A DNA stretch of 39,134 nt, taken from positions 1 to 39,134 of the IMG/VR virus record IMGVR_UViG_3300049712_000015. One strand, given 5' to 3'. Within the stretch, counting starts at the first letter, position 1. Every line of letters begins with the position of its first letter. Shown one piece after another: positions 16,057 to 25,379 of this stretch. The notes under the pieces were generated by a model. That model did not search any database, was not told the DNA's origin, and saw only the letters and a program-made list of their open reading frames with translations. Source of the DNA: a virus (lineage: Duplodnaviria > Caudoviricetes). The position numbers and the translations under genes were made by a program.

Positions 16057-16416
16057 ATGGAGAAAAATTGTAGTCACTGTCATTCAAATAAAGATTTACT
16101 GAAATACAGTAAGAGCAAGTATGGTCAGTGGTACATGTGTCGAAACTGCAATCGAGAAAAAGCTGCGGCTTATAGAAAAACAAAAAACGGTAAATTGAGA
16201 ACCCGTATGGCCGTTTACAAGTCTATTTCTAAGTACCAAAAAAGGCAAAACGCTCGAGCTAAAGTTCACAGAGCTATAAAAAGTGGTAAGTTATTAAAAC
16301 CAGGAGAGTGTAGCAACTGTAAACTTGGTGGGCGAACAATAGAAGCACATCATGTAGATTATAAGAAGCCGCTTGACGTAGTTTGGCTTTGTAGGTCATG
16401 TCATGTAATGGTATAA
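16057..16416 (+). CDS. HNH-like endonuclease between TerL and portal
   Basis: CSHC, CRNC, CSNC..AHHVDY.KPLDVVWLCRSCH. Confidence 0.85.
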   Translation: MEKNCSHCHSNKDLLKYSKSKYGQWYMCRNCNREKAAAYRKTKNGKLRTRMAVYKSISKYQKRQNARAKVHRAIKSGKLLKPGECSNCKLGGRTIEAHHVDYKKPLDVVWLCRSCHVMV

Positions 16417-16461
16417 TATAATCATTACAATATTTGGTGAGTTGCACACCTCAAACCAAAT

Positions 16462-18303
16462 ATGGCAAAAGATACAACATCATACAAAATCTTTAGTGAA
16501 GTGGACGATATTAAGTCGAATTATGAAACCTCTAGTTTAGAGAAAGTTACAGGTCTCTACCGCTCTCAGTTTCAGGTCGTAAAGATGTGTGAATACTACT
16601 CCGATTCTCGTTATCTAGTTCAGTATGACGGTGTAGACGGTAAGCCAGGCGTTAATCTAGGGGCTAATAAGCGACCTAGACCTTTTTATAACATAGTAAA
16701 TTACCGTGTCGCTTTGGCTAAAACGGCTACAGACCTAGACATTAAGGATATTCAGATAGTATCTGATAACCCAAAGTACCAAGTTCATTCCATGCTACTT
16801 AACCGTGAAGGCTACGAGTGGATGAAAGAAGCTGAGTTCTCTAAAACTCTAAATGTAATGGGTCATACTCGCCCCAAGTATGGTGGTTATCTAGTTAAGA
16901 AGTGCTATGACGAAGAGAAGGAATTAGACATTCAGGTGGTTAAATGGACGAATCTTTGGACTGACCAAAACAACATCTTGGGTGGTGGCATCGTTGAACT
17001 TCATCACATGTCGCCTGTTGATTTGATGAAGAAGAAAGCTGTTTGGGATAACGTGATTGATGTTCTCAAGGCTCACAAAGGAATGAAAGCTTCTGACAGA
17101 CCAACCTCGATTGATGTTTACGAAACTACGGGTGAGTTCCCTCTATCAGTGTTCAAAGACGCACAGGGTGAGAAGTATGACGAAGAAGATAAATACACAT
17201 ATTCTCTACAGAGATATTTCACAGCTAATGTAAACGGTAGTAAGTTCCTACTTAACTCAGAGGAATTGACTGGTGAGATGGGTGATTACTATGAGTACCT
17301 AGCTTGGGAAGATAACGGCTATGGTTTGGGTCGAGGTGTTATTGAAGACTCAGAAGAAGCTCAGGTTTGGACTAATGATTCTGTAGTTGAAGAGAACACC
17401 GCTATGAAATTGGCTGGTAGAGCAGGTATCATCACTGATTCCGCTAAGTTGGGTAACAACGTTTTGGAGCATGACCACGGAAAGGTTTACGAAATTGAAA
17501 CCAACAAGAAGGCCGTGGCTTTCAGTCTCGTGCCTGGAGCTTTGGGCAACTATCAAAACATGAGAGAGCAGTGGAGAATGCAGGCTGATAACGTTACCTC
17601 TTCTTTCAATGCTATTACAGGTGAACAGCCGCCATCAGGCACACCTTACTCTCAGACTGCTTTACTCAACCAAGTAGCTACTAAGCCTTTTGATTACAAA
17701 CGTGAGGAATGGGGTATACATCTAACTAAGATATTTGATAAATGGGTTATCCCTTACTTGATAAAAAAAATTAAGAGCGAGCATATTCTAGTTTCAGAGT
17801 TCTCTGATACTGAACTGGAAATAATTGATGAGTCTTTCGCTACTATGAATGCTAACGAGGATATCAAGAAAGAGATTTTGGCTGGTAATACTGTGAGCCC
17901 AATGCAACAGGCTGACATTACCGATGGTTACAAGAAGCACATAAAGAAACTAGGAAAGAAACGCTTTATTGAAGTACCAGATAATTACTTCGATGATATT
18001 GAATGCAAAGTAACCGTTCTCACAACAGGTGAGCAGAAGAATAAGGGAGTTATCCTAGAGTCCCTAAAGGGTTTGATGGCTACTTACGTTCAGTCTCTCA
18101 ACCCTGCAACAGGTAAGTATGAGATAGCTGAAAACCCTGTACTAGCGAAGCTCTTCAATGAAGCTGTCGAGTTGGCTGGTTCAGGTGTCTCACCTGTGTC
18201 TTTGGGGATTAAAGGAGATGTTAAGCAAGTCGCTCAAGCACCAGCTCCAGCTCCGATGCCACAAACACAAATGACTGACCTAACACCTCCAGTAACCGCA
18301 TAA
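16462..18303 (+). CDS. Portal protein
   Basis: 613 aa in the position between terminase and scaffold; PFYNIV, G.GRGVIE and GEQPPSGT motifs of podoviral portals. Confidence 0.8.
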   Translation: MAKDTTSYKIFSEVDDIKSNYETSSLEKVTGLYRSQFQVVKMCEYYSDSRYLVQYDGVDGKPGVNLGANKRPRPFYNIVNYRVALAKTATDLDIKDIQIVSDNPKYQVHSMLLNREGYEWMKEAEFSKTLNVMGHTRPKYGGYLVKKCYDEEKELDIQVVKWTNLWTDQNNILGGGIVELHHMSPVDLMKKKAVWDNVIDVLKAHKGMKASDRPTSIDVYETTGEFPLSVFKDAQGEKYDEEDKYTYSLQRYFTANVNGSKFLLNSEELTGEMGDYYEYLAWEDNGYGLGRGVIEDSEEAQVWTNDSVVEENTAMKLAGRAGIITDSAKLGNNVLEHDHGKVYEIETNKKAVAFSLVPGALGNYQNMREQWRMQADNVTSSFNAITGEQPPSGTPYSQTALLNQVATKPFDYKREEWGIHLTKIFDKWVIPYLIKKIKSEHILVSEFSDTELEIIDESFATMNANEDIKKEILAGNTVSPMQQADITDGYKKHIKKLGKKRFIEVPDNYFDDIECKVTVLTTGEQKNKGVILESLKGLMATYVQSLNPATGKYEIAENPVLAKLFNEAVELAGSGVSPVSLGIKGDVKQVAQAPAPAPMPQTQMTDLTPPVTA

Positions 18304-18304
18304 T

Positions 18305-18532
18305 ATGAAAACCATTTCCACTTTAGGGTTGTTCTACGCCAACGAAAACGAAAGAGAAGCCGTTAAGGAATTTCTCATAAATACTTTGAAAGATATTGCC
18401 GTAGAGAAGACCTTTAACAAAGAAGATGTCAGTGGAATTGCAGAAGCACGACAATTAGTTGATAAGGCTTTTGACAGATTGTCAGAGTTGTATGGTAAAA
18501 TAGACAAAGTAATAGTTGAAACAACACGATAA
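18305..18532 (+). CDS. Hypothetical protein (head module)
   Basis: Tightly packed after the portal gene. Confidence 0.7.
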   Translation: MKTISTLGLFYANENEREAVKEFLINTLKDIAVEKTFNKEDVSGIAEARQLVDKAFDRLSELYGKIDKVIVETTR

Positions 18533-18637
18533 ATGAAAAAAACTAACAAAACTCCAAAGGTTCCTTTCCCAGTTCAGGACAGATTCCCTAAGAAGAATGC
18601 ACAAGTAAAGATTTATCACGCCAAACGAGGCAAATAA
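18533..18637 (+). CDS. 34-aa basic peptide
   Basis: MKKTNKTPKVPFPVQDRFPKKNAQVKIYHAKRGK; starts directly after the previous stop. Confidence 0.5.
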   Translation: MKKTNKTPKVPFPVQDRFPKKNAQVKIYHAKRGK

Positions 18638-18680
18638 TCTTTTGAGGGCTTAGAAGGGTAACCTCATTAAAAACCTTTCA

Positions 18681-18736
18681 TAGCACTACGGCCCTGCATA
18701 AACCGTAAATAGCACGATAGCTCTGCATAAACTATC
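18681..18736 (+). promoter_or_regulatory. Tandem 29-nt stem-loop repeat in the scaffold leader
   Basis: TAGCAC-TACGG-CCCTGCATAAA-CCGTA, then TAGCAC-GATAG-CTCTGCATAAA-CTATC: same loops, different but still paired stems. Confidence 0.75.
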
Positions 18737-18744
18737 TAAAACTT

Positions 18745-19254
18745 ATGGATGAAACCATAACGCCACAGGACGGCACAAATCCTGAACCAGAGGTGGTTGA
18801 AGCACCTGTTGTAGAGGAAACAACTGAAACTCCTGCTCCAGTTGAAGCTAAGACCTATTCCCAAGAGGAATGGAACCAGCTTCACCAAAGAGCCAAACGA
18901 GCCGAAGCCGAATTAAAGACTTTAAAACCTTTAGCCAAAGCTCCAGCTCAGACAGTGACGTCCCCGCAATCTGTTGAGGAAACTGTATTACTCGCCAACG
19001 GTATGCCCGATGAACTCCTTGTGAGTCTCAAAAAGGTTGCCGCAGTTGAGGGTATAAGTTCTTTCATCAAAGCGCAGACTAGTCCTTTGTTTGTTGCGAT
19101 AAAAGAAAAGTTTGAAAGAGAACAAAAGCAGAAAGCAGCGTCTATGCCAGCGTCTCGTGGAGCAGGTTCAGCGAGAGTTCAGAAGGACTTCAAAACTCCA
19201 GGACTTACAGCAGCCGAACACAAGGCAATGGTAAAGAAGATGATGGCTGAATAG
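18745..19254 (+). CDS. Capsid scaffolding protein
   Basis: Acidic/Pro-rich N-terminus and coiled coil RAKRAEAELK; directly precedes the capsid gene. Confidence 0.75.
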   Translation: MDETITPQDGTNPEPEVVEAPVVEETTETPAPVEAKTYSQEEWNQLHQRAKRAEAELKTLKPLAKAPAQTVTSPQSVEETVLLANGMPDELLVSLKKVAAVEGISSFIKAQTSPLFVAIKEKFEREQKQKAASMPASRGAGSARVQKDFKTPGLTAAEHKAMVKKMMAE

Positions 19255-19296
19255 TTCTCAGGGGATGTCCATTAGCTAGTTTTAACACTATTCATA

Positions 19297-20205
19297 ATGG
19301 CTTTTCCTACAAGTTCAATGGGTGCTACATCTCTAGCATCTTTCATTCCAGAAATCTGGGGTGAGAAAATCAACGAGTTCTACAAGAGCAAATTGGTTTG
19401 CGCTCCTTTCTTCACAGACAGAAGCGATGAGGTACGTGAAGGTGGCGACACGCTTTATACGCCATCAATAAGTGAACTCACAGCATCCGCTAAGTCTTAT
19501 GCAACAGCAGTTACCCTACAAGACCCAACAGACGCTAAGATTACACTGACAATTGACCAGCACTTTGAGTCTTCGTTTGCTATAGAAGACAAGGAAGCAG
19601 CTCAGGTTAAGCGCTCGTACTCTACAATGGAAAGATATGCACGTTCAGCTGCATACGCTATTGCTAAGAAACTCGATACCGCTATTGCTAACCTCTTCCC
19701 AGGCTTCTCAAACCAGGTTGGTTCTTCGACAACGACAATTGCAGATTCCGACATTCGTGCCGCTATCGCAATTGCAGAAGCAGCTAACGTGCCAGTAGAC
19801 GAAATGGCGTTCTTCGTAACTCCTAACGTTTTTTGGAGACAGATTCAGAAGCTCGACAAGTTCTCTCTAGCTGTTAACTCTCCTGTTAATGACCCAACAG
19901 CTAAGAAACCTGCAGCATACCTATACGGCCTTCCAGTATTTATCTCAAACAACATTCGATACATTGTTGTTTCTGGTTCAGCAGGTCGCTACAACGCCCT
20001 CGCTCACCCAGATGCTATTCACTGGGCAACTTCTCCTCTAGGTTCAGGCTCAGAAGGAGGTATGGTTGGTTCAGGTGGCATCCGAGTTCAGTCAAATTAC
20101 ATCCCAGAGTACCTATCGACAGTAACAACTGCTGATATCCTCTACGGTGTAACTGAGAACCGAGATGAAGGTGGTGTTGGTATCCAGACTCACGCAATTG
20201 GATAG
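19297..20205 (+). CDS. Major capsid protein (HK97 fold, P22 coat/N4-gp56-like)
   Basis: FIPEIW, GGDTLYTP, TLTIDQ..SSFAIED, G.PVFISNN and DILYG motifs. Confidence 0.92.
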   Translation: MAFPTSSMGATSLASFIPEIWGEKINEFYKSKLVCAPFFTDRSDEVREGGDTLYTPSISELTASAKSYATAVTLQDPTDAKITLTIDQHFESSFAIEDKEAAQVKRSYSTMERYARSAAYAIAKKLDTAIANLFPGFSNQVGSSTTTIADSDIRAAIAIAEAANVPVDEMAFFVTPNVFWRQIQKLDKFSLAVNSPVNDPTAKKPAAYLYGLPVFISNNIRYIVVSGSAGRYNALAHPDAIHWATSPLGSGSEGGMVGSGGIRVQSNYIPEYLSTVTTADILYGVTENRDEGGVGIQTHAIG

Positions 20206-20281
20206 ACCTTAGTAAGGTTGTTTTGTGGGGGACTCGGTGCTCAAAATCCCTTGTCTCCCACAAGATTTTGAGAATAACCTA

Positions 20282-20473
20282 ATGAAAATAGAACTAAATA
20301 AGAAATTTGGAGGTATAACTGAAAAGGAATCAGTTGTCCCTAGAAAAGGCGGTGTTCGTACTGGCAGCATACAGACGACAAGAGTGTTTATTGATATTAA
20401 TGGTAATGAAATAAACCCTAGAACTAAGCAGATTATTAAGAGAAACGTGGAGGAGAAACTAGTTTTAAATTAG
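20282..20473 (+). CDS. Hypothetical protein after the capsid gene
   Basis: Likely start MKIEL at 20282; abuts the next gene. Confidence 0.6.
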   Translation: MKIELNKKFGGITEKESVVPRKGGVRTGSIQTTRVFIDINGNEINPRTKQIIKRNVEEKLVLN

Positions 20474-20776
20474 ATGAAACGAATGCTGTTGCGGTGGCTT
20501 GGAGCTATGACCTATGAAGATGTCGCTGCTTTGATTCATAGTAATGCAACTCTTATTGATGCGGAATGGAAAAAGAAAAAAGAAAGAATGACAGTAACGA
20601 ATGTAGTTAAACCTTGTGAGGAATGTCTAAAGAGAGAGCAGATGGCTAGACAGTTAGAACTCGCTAAAGAGAATGTAGAGTGCAAATCTATTGATGATTT
20701 CAAAAGGTATGGAGTTCTGACCGTAGTCCTTGATGGTGAAGAGCAAAAGTTTACTTATAAATCATGTCCTAATTAA
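20474..20776 (+). CDS. Hypothetical protein
   Basis: Abuts both neighbours with zero gap. Confidence 0.65.
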   Translation: MKRMLLRWLGAMTYEDVAALIHSNATLIDAEWKKKKERMTVTNVVKPCEECLKREQMARQLELAKENVECKSIDDFKRYGVLTVVLDGEEQKFTYKSCPN

Positions 20777-21847
20777 ATGAGAGCATATTACATAAATTCG
20801 GGTCATGCAGGCTGTTACCTTGTGAGGTGTTTGTTACCGCTTGTTGCTAACGGATGGGATGGTGACCAGACTTCTATTACTCCCGTAAACAAGACTCAGG
20901 AGAATAAAAAGAATGCCGCTCTAGCCTCTGAGGTTGTAGTTTTCCATAGAGCTGAAGACCCTAAGAGGTTGGAGTTAGCTAGGTTGCTTAAACAAACAGG
21001 TAAGAAGATAGTCTTTGATAACGATGATACCTACAAAGACAATTCGACAGTTAAGTTAAACAAATTTATTACTGAGGAAAGAGTTAAGCGTGGTATGGAG
21101 TCTATAAACAAGTACGTAGATGCCTTTGTCATGGAAGCAGACTTGGTTACCTGTTCTACTGAGTTCCTAGCCGAAGAATACAGAAAGCTAAACCCTAACG
21201 TAGTTGTCCTACCTAACTGTGTAGACCCATTTTATTTTGAGGAACCTCTAAGAAATGAAACTGATGTAGTCCGAATCGGTGTCACAGGTTCGATTGGTGT
21301 GTCCTCGGACATAGATATATTAGCCCCTATAATTAATCACTTTGAAAAAGACAAACGCGTTAAGATTGTGTACTTTTGCCTGCCTTCTAATCGTTACGAT
21401 AAGTTGGTTGGGGAGACTTACACCGATGAGTATAAGTTTCTCGATAGCATTGACGTTGAGTGGCATCCTTACGTTGATATTGATAAGTATTATGACAAAC
21501 TCAACTCTCTAAAGCTCGACATGATGATTATTCCGAGAGCAGATAATTACTTCAATCGTTGCAAGTCTAACTTGAAGTTTCTAGAGGCCTCGATGTTTGA
21601 GATTCCATGTATTGCTCAGGGTTTCCCAGATGGTAAAAGTCCATACCAAGCAAACCCAGAGGATTCGAAGTATATGGTAATCGTGAACGATAACAAAGAT
21701 TGGATACCTGAGATTGAGAAAATGATTGCCGATAAAGAAGGTCGAAGAGCTATGGGCAAGAAGGCAAAGGAGTATGTCCTAGAGAATTACGACATTGAAA
21801 AGAACGCTCATAAATGGGTTGACGCATATAGCAAATTAATTGTATAA
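20777..21847 (+). CDS. GT-B glycosyltransferase (GT4-like)
   Basis: IVFDNDD, ADLVTCST..LA, VLPNCVD, FNRCKSNLKFLEASM..IP.IA and RRAMG..A..YV...Y motifs. Confidence 0.88.
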   Translation: MRAYYINSGHAGCYLVRCLLPLVANGWDGDQTSITPVNKTQENKKNAALASEVVVFHRAEDPKRLELARLLKQTGKKIVFDNDDTYKDNSTVKLNKFITEERVKRGMESINKYVDAFVMEADLVTCSTEFLAEEYRKLNPNVVVLPNCVDPFYFEEPLRNETDVVRIGVTGSIGVSSDIDILAPIINHFEKDKRVKIVYFCLPSNRYDKLVGETYTDEYKFLDSIDVEWHPYVDIDKYYDKLNSLKLDMMIIPRADNYFNRCKSNLKFLEASMFEIPCIAQGFPDGKSPYQANPEDSKYMVIVNDNKDWIPEIEKMIADKEGRRAMGKKAKEYVLENYDIEKNAHKWVDAYSKLIV

Positions 21848-21857
21848 TATTAAGGAA

Positions 21858-22280
21858 ATGAAGACAGTTCTCCTGCAAGGTGCGTTTGACATCATCAACT
21901 ATGGGCATGTCCGTGCTATCAAACGTGCCAAGTCGTTAGGTGATTATCTAATCATCGCCCTAAATACTGACAAGCTTCTACGTCAGTACAAGAAGCGAGA
22001 GCCTGTCCTTCCCTGGAAACAGAAGAAGGTCATACTCGAAGCTATCAAGTGGGTTGATAAGGTCGTGCCAGCGCATAATTTTTCACCTCTGTCGCTTCTC
22101 AAGAAGCACAAAGTAGATGTCTACGTCTTAACCAAAGAATGGGAAAGTTCCAAATCGGTTGAGATGGATTACATGAAAAAGAAGGGTGGGAAAGTCTCTT
22201 TCTCTCCTCGTTATGCGGGTGTCGTTTGCACTTCGGAAATCAAACGCAGATTACTAAAAGAAGCTCAAGAGGGGGTTTAG
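21858..22280 (+). CDS. Cytidylyltransferase (glycerol-3-phosphate CTase/TagD-like)
   Basis: GAFDIINYGH (HxGH variant), LIIALNTD, IKWVDKV and PRYAGVVCTSEIK. Confidence 0.85.
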   Translation: MKTVLLQGAFDIINYGHVRAIKRAKSLGDYLIIALNTDKLLRQYKKREPVLPWKQKKVILEAIKWVDKVVPAHNFSPLSLLKKHKVDVYVLTKEWESSKSVEMDYMKKKGGKVSFSPRYAGVVCTSEIKRRLLKEAQEGV

Positions 22281-22296
22281 CCTTCTCTTTTTATTT

Positions 22297-22845
22297 ATGG
22301 TTCCAATACACAAAATAACGGGGAGACTAGGTAATCAAATGTTCAACTACGCTTTCCTATTGAACTACGCTCGTACTCATGGCATATCTGACAGTTACTT
22401 CCCTCAACACTTAGAATGGTTCTCTGAGTCGGCTGATTTCATCAGAGCTTTATACTCACAGGACATAGGTAAGGTAGAAATGGTAGGTATACACGTAAGG
22501 CGTGATGACTACTTAGACCCTAATAGGATTCAGTACGTTCTACCCCTCGATTACTACAAAAAGGCTATGAGTTACTTTCCTAAAGCTAAGTTCGTAGTTT
22601 GCTCTGACGATATTGAGTGGGCCAAACACGAACCACTGTTCTACGGCTGTGAGTTTTCTGAAGGTAATGAGATAGAAGATATGAACCTTTTGGCTTCTTG
22701 TTCTGAGGGACTAATCATAGCCAACTCTACTTTCTCTTGGTGGTCGGCTTTCCTCAATCCCCACAAATGCACTATCATTGCTCCTGACAAATGGGACAAG
22801 GACGGCAAGGTTTTTAGTACACCGCACTCATGGATAACCATTTAA
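22297..22845 (+). CDS. Alpha-1,2-fucosyltransferase-like (GT11)
   Basis: GRLGNQMF, GIHVRRDDY, SDDIEW and IIANSTFSWWSAFL are GT11 motifs. Confidence 0.92.
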   Translation: MVPIHKITGRLGNQMFNYAFLLNYARTHGISDSYFPQHLEWFSESADFIRALYSQDIGKVEMVGIHVRRDDYLDPNRIQYVLPLDYYKKAMSYFPKAKFVVCSDDIEWAKHEPLFYGCEFSEGNEIEDMNLLASCSEGLIIANSTFSWWSAFLNPHKCTIIAPDKWDKDGKVFSTPHSWITI

Positions 22846-22847
22846 AA

Positions 22848-23195
22848 ATGAAAACTTCAGAAAAAACTCGTCAATATCATAAAGAGTGGCGTTCCAAGAA
22901 CCAAGATAGAATTAAAATATATATTTTACGGAAAAAGAATGAAATTCCCACATATAGTAGACGGGCAAAATTAAAAAGTAGATATGGAATGTCTGTAGAA
23001 GATTTAACTAGAATGACTGCGGAACAAAACAAACTATGTAAGATTTGTGGCAAGGAGAAAGAACTTGTTGTTGACCATGACCACAAGACAGGTAAGGTGA
23101 GAGGTTTATTATGTCGCTTATGCAATATCGGTCTTGGCTCACTTAACGATAACGTAGGAAACTTGGAGAACGCTATTAAATATCTAACAATATGA
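22848..23195 (+). CDS. Endonuclease VII-like homing endonuclease
   Basis: RYG.S..Q...CKICG..VDHDHKTGKVRGLLCRLCN.GLG. Confidence 0.92.
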   Translation: MKTSEKTRQYHKEWRSKNQDRIKIYILRKKNEIPTYSRRAKLKSRYGMSVEDLTRMTAEQNKLCKICGKEKELVVDHDHKTGKVRGLLCRLCNIGLGSLNDNVGNLENAIKYLTI

Positions 23196-23782
23196 AAGAA
23201 TCATACGCACAAGTCGGGGAAGATTTAGTTGTTGACCATTATTTGGGTGAGCCTACTGGTGGATATTATGTGGATATTGGAGCATACGAGCCAATGCATC
23301 TCTCTAACACTTATTTGTTCTACAAACGGGGCTGGAAAGGGGTTTGTGTAGAGCCAAATGCCCTTCTAGCTGGTGAATACAGGGAGACTAGACCAAAAGA
23401 CCAGTTCTATACTGAAGCTTGTGGTACGGGCGAATTGAAGTTCAAACTATCTGATGAGCATGATTCCCTATCAAAAGTATCCGATTCTGGTGTACCAATT
23501 AAGTCTCGACCACTATCCGAATACTTGGCTATGCTACCGAGAGTGGATTTGCTGTCAGTTGATTGTGAGGGAATGGAGTTGGAGATTCTGAAGTCTAACG
23601 ATTGGGGTACTTACCGTCCAACAATGGTTGTTGTTGAAGTGATTGATTACGTTACCAAGAAGAAGAATCAGTCAGTCATAGATTTCATGCTATTGCAGGG
23701 TTATGGATTAGTGTGTGATAATAGTATCAACGCAATTTTCCTTGAGCGGGGTAAGTTTAATGAGATTTTCTTAATAAAGTAA
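23192..23782 (+). CDS. FkbM-family methyltransferase
   Basis: SYAQVGED, YVDIGAYEP..SNT, GWKGVCVEPN and VDLLSVDCEG.E motifs. Confidence 0.9.
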   Translation: MKESYAQVGEDLVVDHYLGEPTGGYYVDIGAYEPMHLSNTYLFYKRGWKGVCVEPNALLAGEYRETRPKDQFYTEACGTGELKFKLSDEHDSLSKVSDSGVPIKSRPLSEYLAMLPRVDLLSVDCEGMELEILKSNDWGTYRPTMVVVEVIDYVTKKKNQSVIDFMLLQGYGLVCDNSINAIFLERGKFNEIFLIK

Positions 23783-23794
23783 CTTTGTTGCAGA

Positions 23795-24583
23795 GTGAAA
23801 AAGATATATATAACATTTAGTGGTGCGGCTTACGACATAACAACTCAAAAGATTGTCGAGGATGCTCCTAAGTATGGTGCTGACGAGGTTTGGGTCTATG
23901 ACGATAAGTGGATAGTTGAGCAGGATTTCTATAAACAGAATAAGTGGCTTTGGGAACATCCACATAAACGTGGTTTTGGTTGGTATGTTTGGAAACCTTA
24001 TATAATTTGGGATGCCCTCTCTAAACTAGAAGATGACGACATGGTTTTATTCACAGACGCTGACTGTATTCCTATAGATGATTTTACGGTTCTTTATGAT
24101 ATTTGCGCTCGCACTGGAGGCATCATGCTTTTCACTGCTCAAGGACACAGGCATTACAAATGGTGTAAGCGAGATTGCTTTATAACTATGGGGCAAGACG
24201 AGGAGAAGTACAGGCAAACGCAGGCTGGCGTAGCTCGATTCATGGTATTCCAAAAAGGACACTGGAGAACAACCCAATTTCTAATGGAATGGTTGACCTA
24301 TTGCGTCAATCCAAAGTCTACGACCTTTGACCCTTCGACCATCCTTCCCGAGCATGAGGGATTCATAGAGCATCGAACTGAACAGGCAATAATGACGAAC
24401 CTTGCTCACAAGTACGGAATTAAATTATGGAGAGAAGCCTGTGATGCAGGTCAGTATACGGTTGCCGATGGTTCACACAACAATGATAGAGATTATTACG
24501 GCCAGTTATTCCAGCAAATCAACCCTCACAAGGAAAAAGTTACTGCTGATATTGGCGAGGGTAGCAAATACCGCAATGTTTAA
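23795..24583 (+). CDS. Putative GT-A glycosyltransferase of unclassified family
   Basis: G.GWYVWKPYII, LFTDAD (DxD) and EHRTEQAI motifs, in a glycosylation cluster. Confidence 0.6.
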   Translation: MKKIYITFSGAAYDITTQKIVEDAPKYGADEVWVYDDKWIVEQDFYKQNKWLWEHPHKRGFGWYVWKPYIIWDALSKLEDDDMVLFTDADCIPIDDFTVLYDICARTGGIMLFTAQGHRHYKWCKRDCFITMGQDEEKYRQTQAGVARFMVFQKGHWRTTQFLMEWLTYCVNPKSTTFDPSTILPEHEGFIEHRTEQAIMTNLAHKYGIKLWREACDAGQYTVADGSHNNDRDYYGQLFQQINPHKEKVTADIGEGSKYRNV

Positions 24584-25379
24584 CTACATAATAAATATCT
24601 ACAACTCTGAAGCGCATCTCTCTTATGTTCTACAAGGGATTAAGAACGTTAAAAGTGCTGACAGCAAAGTTTACTGCGTGATAGATGGTTGCACCGATAG
24701 AAGCGAGGAGATTGTAGACGAGTTTGGTTTCAATAAGATTCACACACCAAATGTTAGAGAGACAAAAGCCATTACAACTGCTTTAGAACAAGTCCCAAAG
24801 GCTGATTATTATTTAATTCTACAAGACGACGTTATCTTGCAAGACCCAGATACCGAAGAACACATAAAAGAAGTTTACAGACAGATTCCAAATATTGGAG
24901 TATTAGGATTTAGACACGGAGCTAACCTTGAACCCGATGCTTTAACTAACGGTAAGCATGTTTCTGAACTTGATTTAATACAAAATGAATTTCAGCCACC
25001 CCTGGACAGAGTACCGCCTCTTAGTGAAGGCAATGTAATAGAAAGGCAGATAGTTTATAAATCTCCTATTTGTATCTCTGGTGAAGTCGTATCTAAGTTA
25101 GGTGGATACGATTCTCGATTTGAGCCAATAGCCCATGATGATACTGAATACTGCATACGTGCGATTCAGGAAGGCTATAGAAACTATGTCTGTGCTTTAA
25201 AGGTAATGCAACCTAAACAATGGGGAGGAAGCAGGAGATTCTCTAAGGCGCATGATGAGATAAATGTTAAGTGTCATCAGGAACACATGAATTTATTAAG
25301 AGAGTTATACCCTACGACCATTGCCACTTTAGGAACTAAATTACCAGCCTTACCACAACAAATATGGAAGAACTGGTAG
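24576..25379 (+). CDS. GT2 glycosyltransferase
   Basis: Start MFNYIINIYNSE at 24576; IDGCTDRS, ILQDD and LGGYD..F...DDTEYCIRA. Confidence 0.88.
   Translation: MFNYIINIYNSEAHLSYVLQGIKNVKSADSKVYCVIDGCTDRSEEIVDEFGFNKIHTPNVRETKAITTALEQVPKADYYLILQDDVILQDPDTEEHIKEVYRQIPNIGVLGFRHGANLEPDALTNGKHVSELDLIQNEFQPPLDRVPPLSEGNVIERQIVYKSPICISGEVVSKLGGYDSRFEPIAHDDTEYCIRAIQEGYRNYVCALKVMQPKQWGGSRRFSKAHDEINVKCHQEHMNLLRELYPTTIATLGTKLPALPQQIWKNW

Noticed and set aside
20203-20272. Capsid stop read-through extension
   Set aside because: The frame closes after about 21 codons and is not in frame with the next gene.
24402-24575. N-terminal extension of the GT2 in the ORF track
   Set aside because: It overlaps the upstream gene by about 180 nt; the GT2 fold begins at ATG 24576.
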